From: Deinococcales bacterium
Lineage (GTDB): Bacteria > Deinococcota > Deinococci > Deinococcales > JAAFIG01
Assembly (NCBI GenBank): GCA_031414595.1
Contig: JANNVX010000088.1
Location: 1-64,000 of the forward strand
Direction of reading: 5' to 3'
DNA length: 64,000 nucleotides
The position numbers were made by a program, and so were the translations under genes. Of the stretch, positions 19,666-30,367 are shown piece by piece (the stretch's first letter is position 1; the number at the start of each line of letters is the position of its first letter). The notes beneath the pieces are model-generated. The model was not told where the DNA came from and made no database searches. It saw only the letters and a program-made list of their open reading frames with translations.

Positions 19666-20706
19666 TTATCTGGCTTTTAATTGCGTCCACACCGCATCGT
19701 ATAAGCGCTGATTCACGCCCATGTCTTGGGTGTACTCGAGGGTCGCTAAGGTTTTAGAAGTTGGGTAAATGGCTGGGTTATTTAAGCGCGATTTATCTAT
19801 GAATGGTCTGGCAGCATCCACGGGTGTACTGGATTGTGCGCCATTGGAATTTTGGGCGGCAACCTTGGCATCGAGTAAATAATTGATAAATTTATGGGCA
19901 AGTTGCCAGTTCGGTGCGTCTTTTGGAATGGCTAGGCTGTCGAGCCAAATCTCAGCCCCTTCTTTGGGGATAAAGTAACCCACATTTGGGTCTTCTTCGG
20001 CGGCGCGTACTGCTTCGGAATTGTACATAATTGCCATTACCACTTGACCACTTAAGAGTTTTTGCTTGGCATCGGGGCTACCCCCAAACCCGACCGATTT
20101 GGTTTTGGCAATCCGTAAGACATCCAAAGCTGCCCGTAAATCTGTGGCAATGGTAGTGTTGTACGACTTACCCAAGTATTTGAGGGCTGCGCCGATGGTC
20201 GGGCGTGGGTCGTCGAGCAATTGAAAAGGACCCGGAATCTTTTTGGGGTCAAAGAACAATGCCCAACTTGGATCAAAGTTTTTAGGCAGTTTATCTTTGC
20301 GGTAGCCCACCCCTGTAGTACCCCAAAAATAAGCGGCTGTAAATTGCCCTTTGGGGTCAAAGTCTGGAGCTAAAAACTTTACACCTAAGTTTTTGCGATT
20401 AGGAATCAGGTTAAGGTCTAACGGACGCAATAAATTTTGTTTAACCATTACCCCAATCACATAGCCACTTGGGACAATCACATCGTATTGCTTTGTGCCG
20501 CCTTGTTTTAGTTTTGCCAGTAAATCCTCGTTGGATTCGTAATAACTTTGATTGACCCGCACACCTTCCTTTTTTTCAAAAGCCTTAATCACTTTTTGGT
20601 CTACATACTCAGACCAATTAAAAAATTGGAGGGTTTTGTTTTGCGCTTGACCAAATCCTGCCAGCAACGCCACCATCCCTAAGCCACCAATCCATAATTT
20701 TTTCAT
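19666..20706 (-). CDS. Spermidine/putrescine-binding protein (PotD/PotF family)
   Basis: FNWSEY, YDVIVPSGY, WGTTG, PKEGA..W.D; ATG 20706 after GGAGG. Confidence 0.9.
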   Translation of the reverse strand: MKKLWIGGLGMVALLAGFGQAQNKTLQFFNWSEYVDQKVIKAFEKKEGVRVNQSYYESNEDLLAKLKQGGTKQYDVIVPSGYVIGVMVKQNLLRPLDLNLIPNRKNLGVKFLAPDFDPKGQFTAAYFWGTTGVGYRKDKLPKNFDPSWALFFDPKKIPGPFQLLDDPRPTIGAALKYLGKSYNTTIATDLRAALDVLRIAKTKSVGFGGSPDAKQKLLSGQVVMAIMYNSEAVRAAEEDPNVGYFIPKEGAEIWLDSLAIPKDAPNWQLAHKFINYLLDAKVAAQNSNGAQSSTPVDAARPFIDKSRLNNPAIYPTSKTLATLEYTQDMGVNQRLYDAVWTQLKAR

Positions 20707-20752
20707 TTCATGACCTCCGCACTGCATTGTAAAGCATTCTAGGAAAAAGATT

Positions 20753-22693
20753 CTATTTGACCTCGAGCAGCACAAACCCATACGGTGCAAGATTGACTCG
20801 GTAATCGTTTTTAAGGGCTGCCAAAGTTTTATTTAAGGTCAGTTCCCGCACCGTTCCGCCAGTCTCGAGCAGTGTGCCTTTGGTGTTAAGCGTGGCAGCT
20901 TGAGGGTCGGAATCTAAGTTAATCAGCACCACAATTTTTTGTTTTTCAAAGACCCTTGTAAAGCCAAATACACGGTCATTGCTTGTATTTAGAGGTTCAT
21001 AGCCACCGATTCTTAAGGCTGGGTTGGCTTGACGAATACGAATTAAATTCTTGTATAAACTCCATAAACTCCCCGCTTTTTGTTGCGAAGCGACATTGAT
21101 GTTTTCGTCAACGCTGCTAAAGAGTTGCCACGGTTGGACACTCGAGAAACCACCGTAAGCCGCGTTGCTCCAGCGCATGGGGGTACGTTTGCCTTCGTCG
21201 CGGGTGGAAGCGGCATTGGGCAAAGCAATTTCTTCGCCGTAATAAATAAAGGGTGTGCCGGGCAGGGTTAAAAGTAAGGTCGCAGCACTGCGGTAACGTC
21301 CAGCGTTAAAAAACTTCATCCGCTCTAAGTCATGGTTGCTGGTAAAAATGGCATCTACGGCACTGGCGGGGTACGACTTGGCAACTCGAGACAGCACTTG
21401 CTGCACTGCTTCGGGGTTGGCTCGGTTGGCAGTTTCACGAATGGCTTTGCCTAAGTCAAAATTAAAACCCATCTCTTGACCCGTTCCATTTTGAAAGTAT
21501 TTTGCGACTGTCTCGGTGCTTGTCCAAATTTCAGAAACCACAGTGGCATCGGGCTTCACACTTTTGACAAATTGGGTAAAATCACTTTGCCAATCTTGGT
21601 CACTTTCGGTGTCCGGACTGTTCCCATCAAACTCCTCAAATAAATAGCGTGGTGCATCTACCCGAAAGCCATCCACCCCAAGCTCGAGCCAGTAACGAGC
21701 GGCATCAAACATCGCCTCACGGACATCGGCATTGCGCCAATTGAGGTCTGGCATTCCATCCCAAAAAACCCCATAGTAATACTCGGTTTTTGTGGGCGCA
21801 GTATCTTCAAATTGGGTTGCGGCTGGCAATTCGCTAGGCGCAGTCACTCGAGACGGATGGTTAATGCTGTCTAAAATTTCTTTGGAATTACGATTAAAAA
21901 TAAATTTAACAAAGCTGTCTGTCACAACCTCGAGCCGAATGTTTGCTCCGTCTGCCACACCGCCCGCCCCATAATTTTCTGTCCATGTGCCACCCAAGGC
22001 AACCTTGTATTCGTACACACCCTTGGGAAGTCGCACCACCAATTCAAAGACTCCAGCTTGGGTTTCGACGGCTCGAGACTCTGCCCCGTTAGGATTCCAC
22101 GCAGAAGCACCCAAGGCGGCTTGGAAACTCCCCGCAAAAATCACCTTGCTGCCACTCGAACCGCCCGTTGTTACAGGATGCCAGGCTGCCCCGCCATTTG
22201 CCCACGGTTGCTTCCAACCCGGATTTTGTTCACGCCAATTGTACCAAGTTTTCTTGTCGCCGCCTTTAAGGGCATTCAAAAACCAAGGATGCGAACGCGC
22301 TGTGTGGTTCGGCACATAATCAAGAATTATCCGAATACCACGCGCTTTAGCGGCGGCTAACAAGGTTTTGAAATCTTCTAATGTCCCAAAATCTGGGTTG
22401 ATGCCTTTGTAATCGGTGATGTCATAGCCATGATAACTTGGGCTGGGATGAATCGGATTGAGCCACAGCGCATTGATGCCCAAACCCTGCAAATAACCCA
22501 GTTTTGAAGTCAGCCCCGCTAAGTCGCCTTTGCCGTCACCATTGGAATCCTTAAAGGAACGCACAAAAACTTGGTAAAAGACACTATTGGCATACCAAGT
22601 ATCCGAACGTAAACTTGGCGCTCGAGAACCAGCCATTTGTGCCACGGCAACACCAAGCGCCAAGACCAGTAAAACCAGTAATTTTTTAGACAT
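20753..22693 (-). CDS. Secreted GH13 alpha-amylase with inserted X25-like domain
   Basis: Signal peptide; FVRSF.DSNGDG.GDL, MPDLN, GFRVDA, SEIW, NHD. Confidence 0.9.
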   Translation of the reverse strand: MSKKLLVLLVLALGVAVAQMAGSRAPSLRSDTWYANSVFYQVFVRSFKDSNGDGKGDLAGLTSKLGYLQGLGINALWLNPIHPSPSYHGYDITDYKGINPDFGTLEDFKTLLAAAKARGIRIILDYVPNHTARSHPWFLNALKGGDKKTWYNWREQNPGWKQPWANGGAAWHPVTTGGSSGSKVIFAGSFQAALGASAWNPNGAESRAVETQAGVFELVVRLPKGVYEYKVALGGTWTENYGAGGVADGANIRLEVVTDSFVKFIFNRNSKEILDSINHPSRVTAPSELPAATQFEDTAPTKTEYYYGVFWDGMPDLNWRNADVREAMFDAARYWLELGVDGFRVDAPRYLFEEFDGNSPDTESDQDWQSDFTQFVKSVKPDATVVSEIWTSTETVAKYFQNGTGQEMGFNFDLGKAIRETANRANPEAVQQVLSRVAKSYPASAVDAIFTSNHDLERMKFFNAGRYRSAATLLLTLPGTPFIYYGEEIALPNAASTRDEGKRTPMRWSNAAYGGFSSVQPWQLFSSVDENINVASQQKAGSLWSLYKNLIRIRQANPALRIGGYEPLNTSNDRVFGFTRVFEKQKIVVLINLDSDPQAATLNTKGTLLETGGTVRELTLNKTLAALKNDYRVNLAPYGFVLLEVK

Positions 22694-22707
22694 GGATAAT
22701 TCTAACG

Positions 22708-23457
22708 TTAATTCAGATTTTCCACCAAATCACGTTTTTTTAAGGAGGCGTAAGCCTCCCAAACTTGTTCTCGTGCTAAACCCAAGTTCAAATGGACATC
22801 CCATAAGGTCACAGCCCCGTTAAGGACATCATAAACCTGAAATTCGAGGTCGGTCAGTTCGACGGGTTTTTTGGCAAACATTCCCATTAAACCCTTAGAT
22901 TTGGGTTCTTTCTTGCGAAGCCGCAAGCCCTTTAAGCGCTCTGGGGTGGCAGGGGATTTTTCGACCGTCAGTAATTTTTTAGCCATCAATTGCTTAATTA
23001 AGCCTTCCAAGGTGGATAAATTAAATTCTGCTAGTGCCATCAAATCTTCAAACGAAGTGCCATTGGCGTGTGCCAAGACTCGAGCTTCAAAATCAGAAAG
23101 CTCGGCGGTGGTGTGCTTCTCGGCATAAAAGTATCCGTCTAGTTTGACGGGTACACTGTACTTGGTTTCTTCGACCACCGAACCCTGCTCGAGTTTAGCT
23201 CGGTCTTCATCGCCAATGCTTCTGATTGGGGCAGCAATGCCAGCCGTAAAAACAACCGTATAATTTTGCCAAGTTAAGACTTCTTGAACAGCCGCTAAAC
23301 CAAAAGTCCAACCAACCTGTGCATGAACCAATTTACCTGCCTCAAAAAACAAATTTAGCTCCGCCCCATCCCGTTTTTGAATCCGCAAACGACCAGTACG
23401 GCGTTTAGCTAGTTCCTGCATCATTTCTGACATCACACTAGAATTTGAATTTTCCAT
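22708..23457 (-). CDS. DUF4388-like domain protein
   Basis: N-terminal RRTG.L.I….LFFEAGKLVHA; wHTH-like C-terminal parts. Confidence 0.7.
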   Translation of the reverse strand: MENSNSSVMSEMMQELAKRRTGRLRIQKRDGAELNLFFEAGKLVHAQVGWTFGLAAVQEVLTWQNYTVVFTAGIAAPIRSIGDEDRAKLEQGSVVEETKYSVPVKLDGYFYAEKHTTAELSDFEARVLAHANGTSFEDLMALAEFNLSTLEGLIKQLMAKKLLTVEKSPATPERLKGLRLRKKEPKSKGLMGMFAKKPVELTDLEFQVYDVLNGAVTLWDVHLNLGLAREQVWEAYASLKKRDLVENLN

Positions 23458-23528
23458 AGGTTAAATTCCAGTCTACCTCAAAACATGCAGTCTATGTAAT
23501 ATAGCACGAAGACAAAGAGACTTGCAAA

Positions 23529-23552
23529 TTGGCACACCAAATGGTATACCAA
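23529..23552. promoter_or_regulatory. Tandem FadR/GntR-type operator palindromes
   Basis: TTGGCACACCAA and TGGTATACCA directly upstream of the GntR gene. Confidence 0.65.
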
Positions 23553-23578
23553 TAGGTACGCTAAGGAGAACCAAACTG

Positions 23579-24235
23579 ATGTCCGCAAGCCTCGCCTACG
23601 AAAAACTCCGCAATGCCATTTTGCGCCTAGATTTAGCGCCCGGAAACGCATTGACCGAACGCGGACTCGAGACTTTTTTGGACACCAGCCGTACCACCGT
23701 CCGCAGCGCCCTCGCCAAACTCGAGAACGAAGGCTTGGTGCAACGCGACGGACGCGGCTACATTGTCGCCCCGATAGACTTTGCCGAAATTAGCCAAGCC
23801 CTCGAGTTCCGCGCCACCCTCGAGATTGCGGCTGCCAAGCTAAGCTGTGAACGGGCGACAGATGCTCAAATTAAAACCTTACTGAAAACCCTCGAGAAGC
23901 CAGCTAAAAACCTTGAGACCTTTATGCGAAACGCCACCGACTTTCACCTCGAGTTAGCGCGGTTAAGCGGCAATGGGTTTTATGTTCGCGCCCTCGAGGA
24001 TGTCCTGACCCGACTATCCCGCACACGCTGGTACGAAGCCAATGCCCAAGGCGGGCAGCAAAAAGCTGTGACCGACCACAAGCGGATTCTCGAGACGATA
24101 GCAGGGCGTGACAGCTTGGCGGCAGAAGAAGCGATTCGGGCGCACTTAGAACGGTCTCGAGAACGGTTGCTGAGTACCTTAATGAACACAAGCGGATTGC
24201 AGATACGCGGCACAAAAAACGGGAACTCGAGATGA
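23579..24235 (+). CDS. GntR (FadR/FCD) transcriptional regulator
   Basis: AYEKLRNAI…L.PG..L.E, SRTTVRSAL..LE.EGLV, DFH..LA. Confidence 0.92.
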   Translation: MSASLAYEKLRNAILRLDLAPGNALTERGLETFLDTSRTTVRSALAKLENEGLVQRDGRGYIVAPIDFAEISQALEFRATLEIAAAKLSCERATDAQIKTLLKTLEKPAKNLETFMRNATDFHLELARLSGNGFYVRALEDVLTRLSRTRWYEANAQGGQQKAVTDHKRILETIAGRDSLAAEEAIRAHLERSRERLLSTLMNTSGLQIRGTKNGNSR

Positions 24236-24273
24236 CAAAGATTTCGAGCAAATACAATTTGATTCACTCTCAG

Positions 24274-24355
24274 CAGGGCGAACACAAGGTTCGCCCCTAC
24301 GGGTTTAGGGCAATGGGTCGGGTTTTCGTAGGGGCGATGCTTGTCATCGCCCTGC
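24274..24355. repeat. GTAG-type REP doublet (REPIN-like)
   Basis: CAGGGCGAACACAAGGTTCGCCCCTAC followed by inverted GTAGGGGCGATGCTTGTCATCGCCCTG. Confidence 0.85.
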
Positions 24356-24386
24356 AATTCCCACACGATTTTCCAAAGGACACCCC

Positions 24387-24716
24387 ATGAACATGACCCA
24401 AATCCCATTCGGCACAACCGACTGGACGCAAATACAACCCACCGAACACACTGGAATAACCGGCAAGGCATTCTGGCGAACCCAGCATTTTGGTGAAATT
24501 CGTGTGCGAATGGTGGAATACACCGCCAATTACGAATCTGACCATTGGTGTAGTAAAGGACATATTTTACTGTGCTTAGAAGGTGAACTCGAGACGACAC
24601 TCGAGGACGGGCGGGTTTTTGTGCTTACACCCGGTATGAGTTATCAAGTGGCGGACAACGCCGAAGCGCACCGCTCGAGAACAAGCCTTGGCGCAAAATT
24701 GTTCATTGTGGATTGA
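24387..24716 (+). CDS. DHCW-motif cupin fold protein
   Basis: G.TG.A.WRT, RVRMVEY, DHWCSKGH. Confidence 0.88.
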   Translation: MNMTQIPFGTTDWTQIQPTEHTGITGKAFWRTQHFGEIRVRMVEYTANYESDHWCSKGHILLCLEGELETTLEDGRVFVLTPGMSYQVADNAEAHRSRTSLGAKLFIVD

Positions 24717-25879
24717 ATGTGAAGAATGCTAAAGGTGCAGCAGTTGTTATAATCGTAATTTTCGGTATATTTTTTTCTATATTGAGAATTTTAGTTGAAT
24801 ATTGGACGTATACTTTATCTTTTATGGTCTTAATTAGTCCAATTATTATATACATTAAGCGCAATAGAGATTTAAAAAATAATTTAGTTGCCAAAAAAAT
24901 ACTCGAGGAAAAGCAAAAAATCGAAGTAGAAAAATTAGAAAGAGAACAAATTGAAAAACACAGGCAGGAACAGAACTTAGCCCAACAAAGAATTCTGGCT
25001 GAACAACAAGCTGAAAAGCAAAGGCAGGAAAGAATTCTGGCTGAACAACAAGCTGAAAAGCAAAGGCAGGAAAGAATTTTGGCTGAACAACAGAGACAGG
25101 AAAAAGTCTCGGCTGAAAACCAGAGACAGAGGCAGGAAAGAATTTTGGCTGAACAACAGAGGCAGGAAAGACAAAATTTGGCGAATGAGCGGGCATTTGC
25201 AAAAGCAATGACAGAATTTACATCAATTTCTAAACCCCACTTAAAAACTCTCGCACTTAAACGAAATCAGCTTGTCACCTATGATGATTATGGAAATCCA
25301 AATTTCCGAAAATACATCAAAGAATTAGATTATTTTATAAGTCAAACTGTTTTTAGAATAGCAAGTGAAGAAAATAAGTTATATCTTTTTAATTTACATA
25401 AATCTTCAAACCAAGAAAGTAATCTTTCTACGTTAGTTAGTACCTTAGATAAGCTAGTAGTAAATCATATAAACGAAAATTTAACAGAAAACAATCCTTT
25501 AACTAAAGAAAAATCCATTAAGGATTTTACTCCTGAAGATTTTGAAATGTATTGTAGAGATTTGTTAATTAGAAAAGGCTGGAAAGCAAGTTTAACTAAA
25601 TCTTCAGGAGACCAAGGCATTGATATAATCGCTACATATAAAAATATCAAAGTAGTCTTTCAATGCAAGTTGTATGCTTCGAGCGTTGGCAATTCCGCAG
25701 TTCAAGAAATTTTTGCAGGAAAAGTTTTTGAGCAAGCGCATTTTGCAGCAGTAGTATCAAATAACACTTACACCCAATCTGCACAACAACTAGCACAGTC
25801 TACGAAAGTTTTACTTCTCCATTACTCTAACCTTTCAGAGTTGGCATTTCGTTTGGGCTTAGAGGTTAAAAATGAATAA
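24713..25879 (+). CDS. Membrane-anchored Mrr-family restriction endonuclease with coiled-coil repeats
   Basis: Two N-terminal TM helices, ERILAEQQ repeats, Mrr_cat motifs FE…GW…GDQGIDII…FQCKLY…VQE; AT-rich. Confidence 0.85.
   Translation: MNVKNAKGAAVVIIVIFGIFFSILRILVEYWTYTLSFMVLISPIIIYIKRNRDLKNNLVAKKILEEKQKIEVEKLEREQIEKHRQEQNLAQQRILAEQQAEKQRQERILAEQQAEKQRQERILAEQQRQEKVSAENQRQRQERILAEQQRQERQNLANERAFAKAMTEFTSISKPHLKTLALKRNQLVTYDDYGNPNFRKYIKELDYFISQTVFRIASEENKLYLFNLHKSSNQESNLSTLVSTLDKLVVNHINENLTENNPLTKEKSIKDFTPEDFEMYCRDLLIRKGWKASLTKSSGDQGIDIIATYKNIKVVFQCKLYASSVGNSAVQEIFAGKVFEQAHFAAVVSNNTYTQSAQQLAQSTKVLLLHYSNLSELAFRLGLEVKNE
24989..25170 (+). repeat. Intragenic tandem repeat, about 42-nt unit
   Basis: AGAATTCTGGCTGAACAACAAGCTGAAAAGCAAAGGCAGGAA twice plus degenerate copies. 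Confidence 0.85.
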
Positions 25880-25967
25880 ATTTATTGTTTCTTGGCGATT
25901 CATTGTCGAAAAAGTTTTTAAAACCACTGCTCGAGAAATCGGCGCAAAACAAGTTAAAGGAGAGATT

Positions 25968-26474
25968 ATGGCTCGAGAAATAGATAGTATGGAAAAATTG
26001 GCATTTGAGTTTTTTAAACTTTTTTCACAATTTGAGTTTGCTCTTAAAATTAAAAATAAAAATTTGGTGCTTAATGGGACAACAATAAGCTACATTGGAT
26101 CTGAAACATTCGTTGGTGAAAATAATCGTATTTTAGAAGAAAATTTAGGTTCAGAAGAAATTGAACCTTCATGCGAATACTTAAAAAATCATCCTCCTAG
26201 ATTTGAAAAATTCATAAACCAAAAACTTGTTTTTGTAGAACCATCAGAAGAAATAAAACGTGAATGGGCGAAGAAACCACGTTTTGAAGTTCTTATGATT
26301 CATATTAAACGAACAAGGAATAATCTTTTTCATGGTGGGAAATATTTAACTGATGAAATAGAAGCCGAAGAAACCTTAGAAAGAGCTAAACAGGTAGTTT
26401 ATCACTCCTTAAAAATACTAAATTATATAACTAAACATACACAAATATTCGATGAAGTTTATTTCAATTACTGA
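25968..26474 (+). CDS. HEPN-like domain protein
   Basis: FSQFEFALK helix and R-x4-H motif (RNNLFHGGK); ATG 25968 has an AAGGAG RBS (ORF open from 25872). Confidence 0.65.
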   Translation: MAREIDSMEKLAFEFFKLFSQFEFALKIKNKNLVLNGTTISYIGSETFVGENNRILEENLGSEEIEPSCEYLKNHPPRFEKFINQKLVFVEPSEEIKREWAKKPRFEVLMIHIKRTRNNLFHGGKYLTDEIEAEETLERAKQVVYHSLKILNYITKHTQIFDEVYFNY

Positions 26475-26496
26475 GCATCATCTCAAGGAGTCCATC

Positions 26497-27915
<1,419 letters not shown>

Positions 27916-27918
27916 CCC

Positions 27919-28040
27919 GTAGGGGCGAACCTTGCGACCCAAGCCCGAAGGTGCTGTAGTTGTGGTCAAGAAGTGTTCGCCCTGACTAGCCAAGGCTTTT
28001 GGCATATGCAAGAGCAGGGCGAGGCAAGCCCCGCCCCTAT
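27919..28040. repeat. REP doublet, first REP interrupted by a 39-bp insert
   Basis: GTAGGGGCGAACCTT[39 bp]GTGTTCGCCCTG … CAGGGCGAGGCAAGCCCCGCCCCTAT. Confidence 0.8.
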
Positions 28041-28055
28041 AAGGTGGATTAAACG

Positions 28056-28472
28056 ATGTTACAGATTCCGAATATCAAAAAAGCCCGGTGTTTTCTGGTT
28101 TATGCAACTGCGCCTAAGCACTTGACTGCACCAGAAGCCAATTCTCGAATCAATGAGTATACGGCTGATGCGTCTCGAGGTTTGGCTTTATTTCACGATC
28201 ATTTTATTGGTCAGTTTGGTGGTGTAATTGTTCTTTTTGTGAACACCGATTCTCAGCGTCAAGCATTGCATCATGCGGGTCCGCTCGAGGGTTGGGATAT
28301 TAAGGTGCAGCCTCTTATTTTTGCGAATAGCCCTGCTGCTTTTGATGAGCAAATTGCGTATACATTACGGGCTTATCATGGTCAGAATTGGGATGAGCTA
28401 CAAAATACTGAACGTCCACATTTTGGTAATACACAACTTGAAGTGAGTACAGGCATGGAATCCGAGGATTAA
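28056..28472 (+). CDS. Hypothetical protein
   Basis: 138-aa ORF in operon context with an RBS. Confidence 0.65.
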   Translation: MLQIPNIKKARCFLVYATAPKHLTAPEANSRINEYTADASRGLALFHDHFIGQFGGVIVLFVNTDSQRQALHHAGPLEGWDIKVQPLIFANSPAAFDEQIAYTLRAYHGQNWDELQNTERPHFGNTQLEVSTGMESED

Positions 28473-28475
28473 GTT

Positions 28476-29027
28476 ATGGGCAAGCAACTCGAGTCAATAA
28501 CACCGTATTTACAGGATTTTATCGAAAAACAGCAAATGTTTTTTGTTGGCACAGCCGCAACAGATGGGCGCGTCAATATCTCACCAAAGGGTTTGGATTC
28601 CTTTCGGGTCATAAACCCTAACCGTGTGATTTGGCTAAACAGCACGGGCAGTGGTAACGAATCCGCCGCCCATATTCTCGAGAATCCGCGTATGACGATC
28701 ATGTTTTGTGCTTTTGAAGGTGCGCCGCTTATTTTGCGCTTGTTTGGCAAGGCTCGAGCCGTTCACCCAAGGGATTCAGAATGGTTAGAACTGTACGCAA
28801 ACTTCAATCCAATTACGGGCGCTCGGCAAATTTTTATGCTCGAGATTGATTTAGTGCAAACCTCGTGCGGCATGGCTGTACCGCTTTTTGATTTTAATGC
28901 CCAGCGCCGCGAACTCACCGACTACTGGGAAGCTCGTACACCAGAACAACTCGAGAAGTATCACAAAGAAAAGAACCAAAAAAGTATTGATGGTTTCCCT
29001 ACCAATATCGCTGGAGGTGATGTATGA
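28476..29027 (+). CDS. Pyridoxamine 5'-phosphate oxidase family protein
   Basis: FFVGTA…NISPKG, TGSGNE.AAH, VQTSCG.AVP. Confidence 0.9.
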   Translation: MGKQLESITPYLQDFIEKQQMFFVGTAATDGRVNISPKGLDSFRVINPNRVIWLNSTGSGNESAAHILENPRMTIMFCAFEGAPLILRLFGKARAVHPRDSEWLELYANFNPITGARQIFMLEIDLVQTSCGMAVPLFDFNAQRRELTDYWEARTPEQLEKYHKEKNQKSIDGFPTNIAGGDV

Positions 29028-29557
29028 ATCCGTACACCAAAACAGAAATTCTCGAGAGCATGAATGCTCATGCCATATCGTTCACGGCGTTTCTCGAGCA
29101 GTTAAGCCCTGAGCAGTTTTTTGCTGGTACACCTGAGAAATGGGGCGCTGCCTTGCAAACACAGCACCTAACCCAGACTTTGGGGATGATTGCCAAAGCC
29201 CTGACCGTACCCGACCGTTTGCCACCAGCCCCAAGTACAGATGCACGGCGCATTGATGAAATCAAAACAACCTACAAAGAAGCCTTGGGCGGTGGCGTAA
29301 CGCTTTCTGGCAATATGCTGCCAGCCCTCGAGCCTAAAACAGATGCAATGTATCAACTTGAAGTGATTGGGGCGTTTAAGGCAACGGTTGCAGCATTCTC
29401 GAGCAATCTCGAGACTTGGAGCGAAGAACAACTCGATTCACTTGGTATGAAGCACCCGCTTATGGGTTTGTTACCTGCTCGAGAAATGATGATTTTTGCT
29501 GTTTATCACAACACCCACCACGAAGCTGGTATTAAGAAATTTTTAGGAGGAAATTAA
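29024..29557 (+). CDS. DinB family protein
   Basis: KW…Q..QHL, HPLMG.L..RE…F..YH..HH. Confidence 0.85.
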   Translation: MNPYTKTEILESMNAHAISFTAFLEQLSPEQFFAGTPEKWGAALQTQHLTQTLGMIAKALTVPDRLPPAPSTDARRIDEIKTTYKEALGGGVTLSGNMLPALEPKTDAMYQLEVIGAFKATVAAFSSNLETWSEEQLDSLGMKHPLMGLLPAREMMIFAVYHNTHHEAGIKKFLGGN

Positions 29558-30151
29558 ATGCAGCAATTCATCACCCTGACCGCTAAAGCCGCCCCGTTAC
29601 GTGAAGAAAACGTGGACACTGACCAAATTATTCCCGCCAAGTACCTGACCGCCGTGACCAAAGACGGTATGGGCTTGGGCTGTTTTAGCAATTGGCGCTA
29701 CTTGCCCGATGGCTCAGACAATCCAGAATTTAGCCTCAATAAACCACAGCACAAAGGCGCAAGTATTCTCGTGGCTGGACGCAATTTTGGCTCTGGCTCG
29801 AGCCGTGAACATGCAGTTTGGGCATTGACCGATTTTGGTTTCAAAACGATTCTTGCCCCTGCATATGCCGATATTTTTTACAACAACAGCCTAAAAAACG
29901 GCTTGCTGCCCGTGGTATTGCCCGAAGATGTTATCTCGAGTATTTGGAATCTGCTCGAACAAGCCCCTGACTCGCAAATTACTGTGGATTTACCAAGTCA
30001 AACGGTAACACTGCCAGACGGCTCGAGTCATGGTTTTCAGATTGACCCATTTAGAAAAATATGTTTATTAGATGGCGTGGATGACCTTGGGTATTTGCTG
30101 AATAAATCGGATGTGATTGGTGCATTTGAAGCTCAAGCAAAAGTGTACTAG
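29558..30151 (+). CDS. leuD: 3-isopropylmalate dehydratase small subunit
   Basis: NVDTDQIIP, NFGSGSSREHAVWAL, ADIFYNN..KNGLLP. Confidence 0.97.
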   Translation: MQQFITLTAKAAPLREENVDTDQIIPAKYLTAVTKDGMGLGCFSNWRYLPDGSDNPEFSLNKPQHKGASILVAGRNFGSGSSREHAVWALTDFGFKTILAPAYADIFYNNSLKNGLLPVVLPEDVISSIWNLLEQAPDSQITVDLPSQTVTLPDGSSHGFQIDPFRKICLLDGVDDLGYLLNKSDVIGAFEAQAKVY

Positions 30152-30160
30152 AATGACCAT

Positions 30161-30367
30161 ATGAGCGAATTTGCGTTTCAAAAAACCAATCTGCAAGTGG
30201 TCTCGAGTTTTGCCGAAGCCGACGAAGCTGACCGTTTGTATTGGTGGAGTCGAAGTCCAGAGGAGCGCCTTCGTGCTTTACAACATCTTCGGGAGTTGAA
30301 TTATGGTGATCTCGCTCGATCAAAACTTCAAAGAGTTTTTGAGTTTATTAGAATTTCAGAACGTTGA
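30161..30367 (+). CDS. Small protein paired with a nucleotidyltransferase
   Basis: YWWSRSPEERL.AL..LR; overlaps the downstream NTase gene. Confidence 0.65.
   Translation: MSEFAFQKTNLQVVSSFAEADEADRLYWWSRSPEERLRALQHLRELNYGDLARSKLQRVFEFIRISER

Noticed and set aside
24989-25170. Possible CRISPR array
   Set aside because: Units are contiguous, in frame and lack unique spacers; no cas genes in the window.
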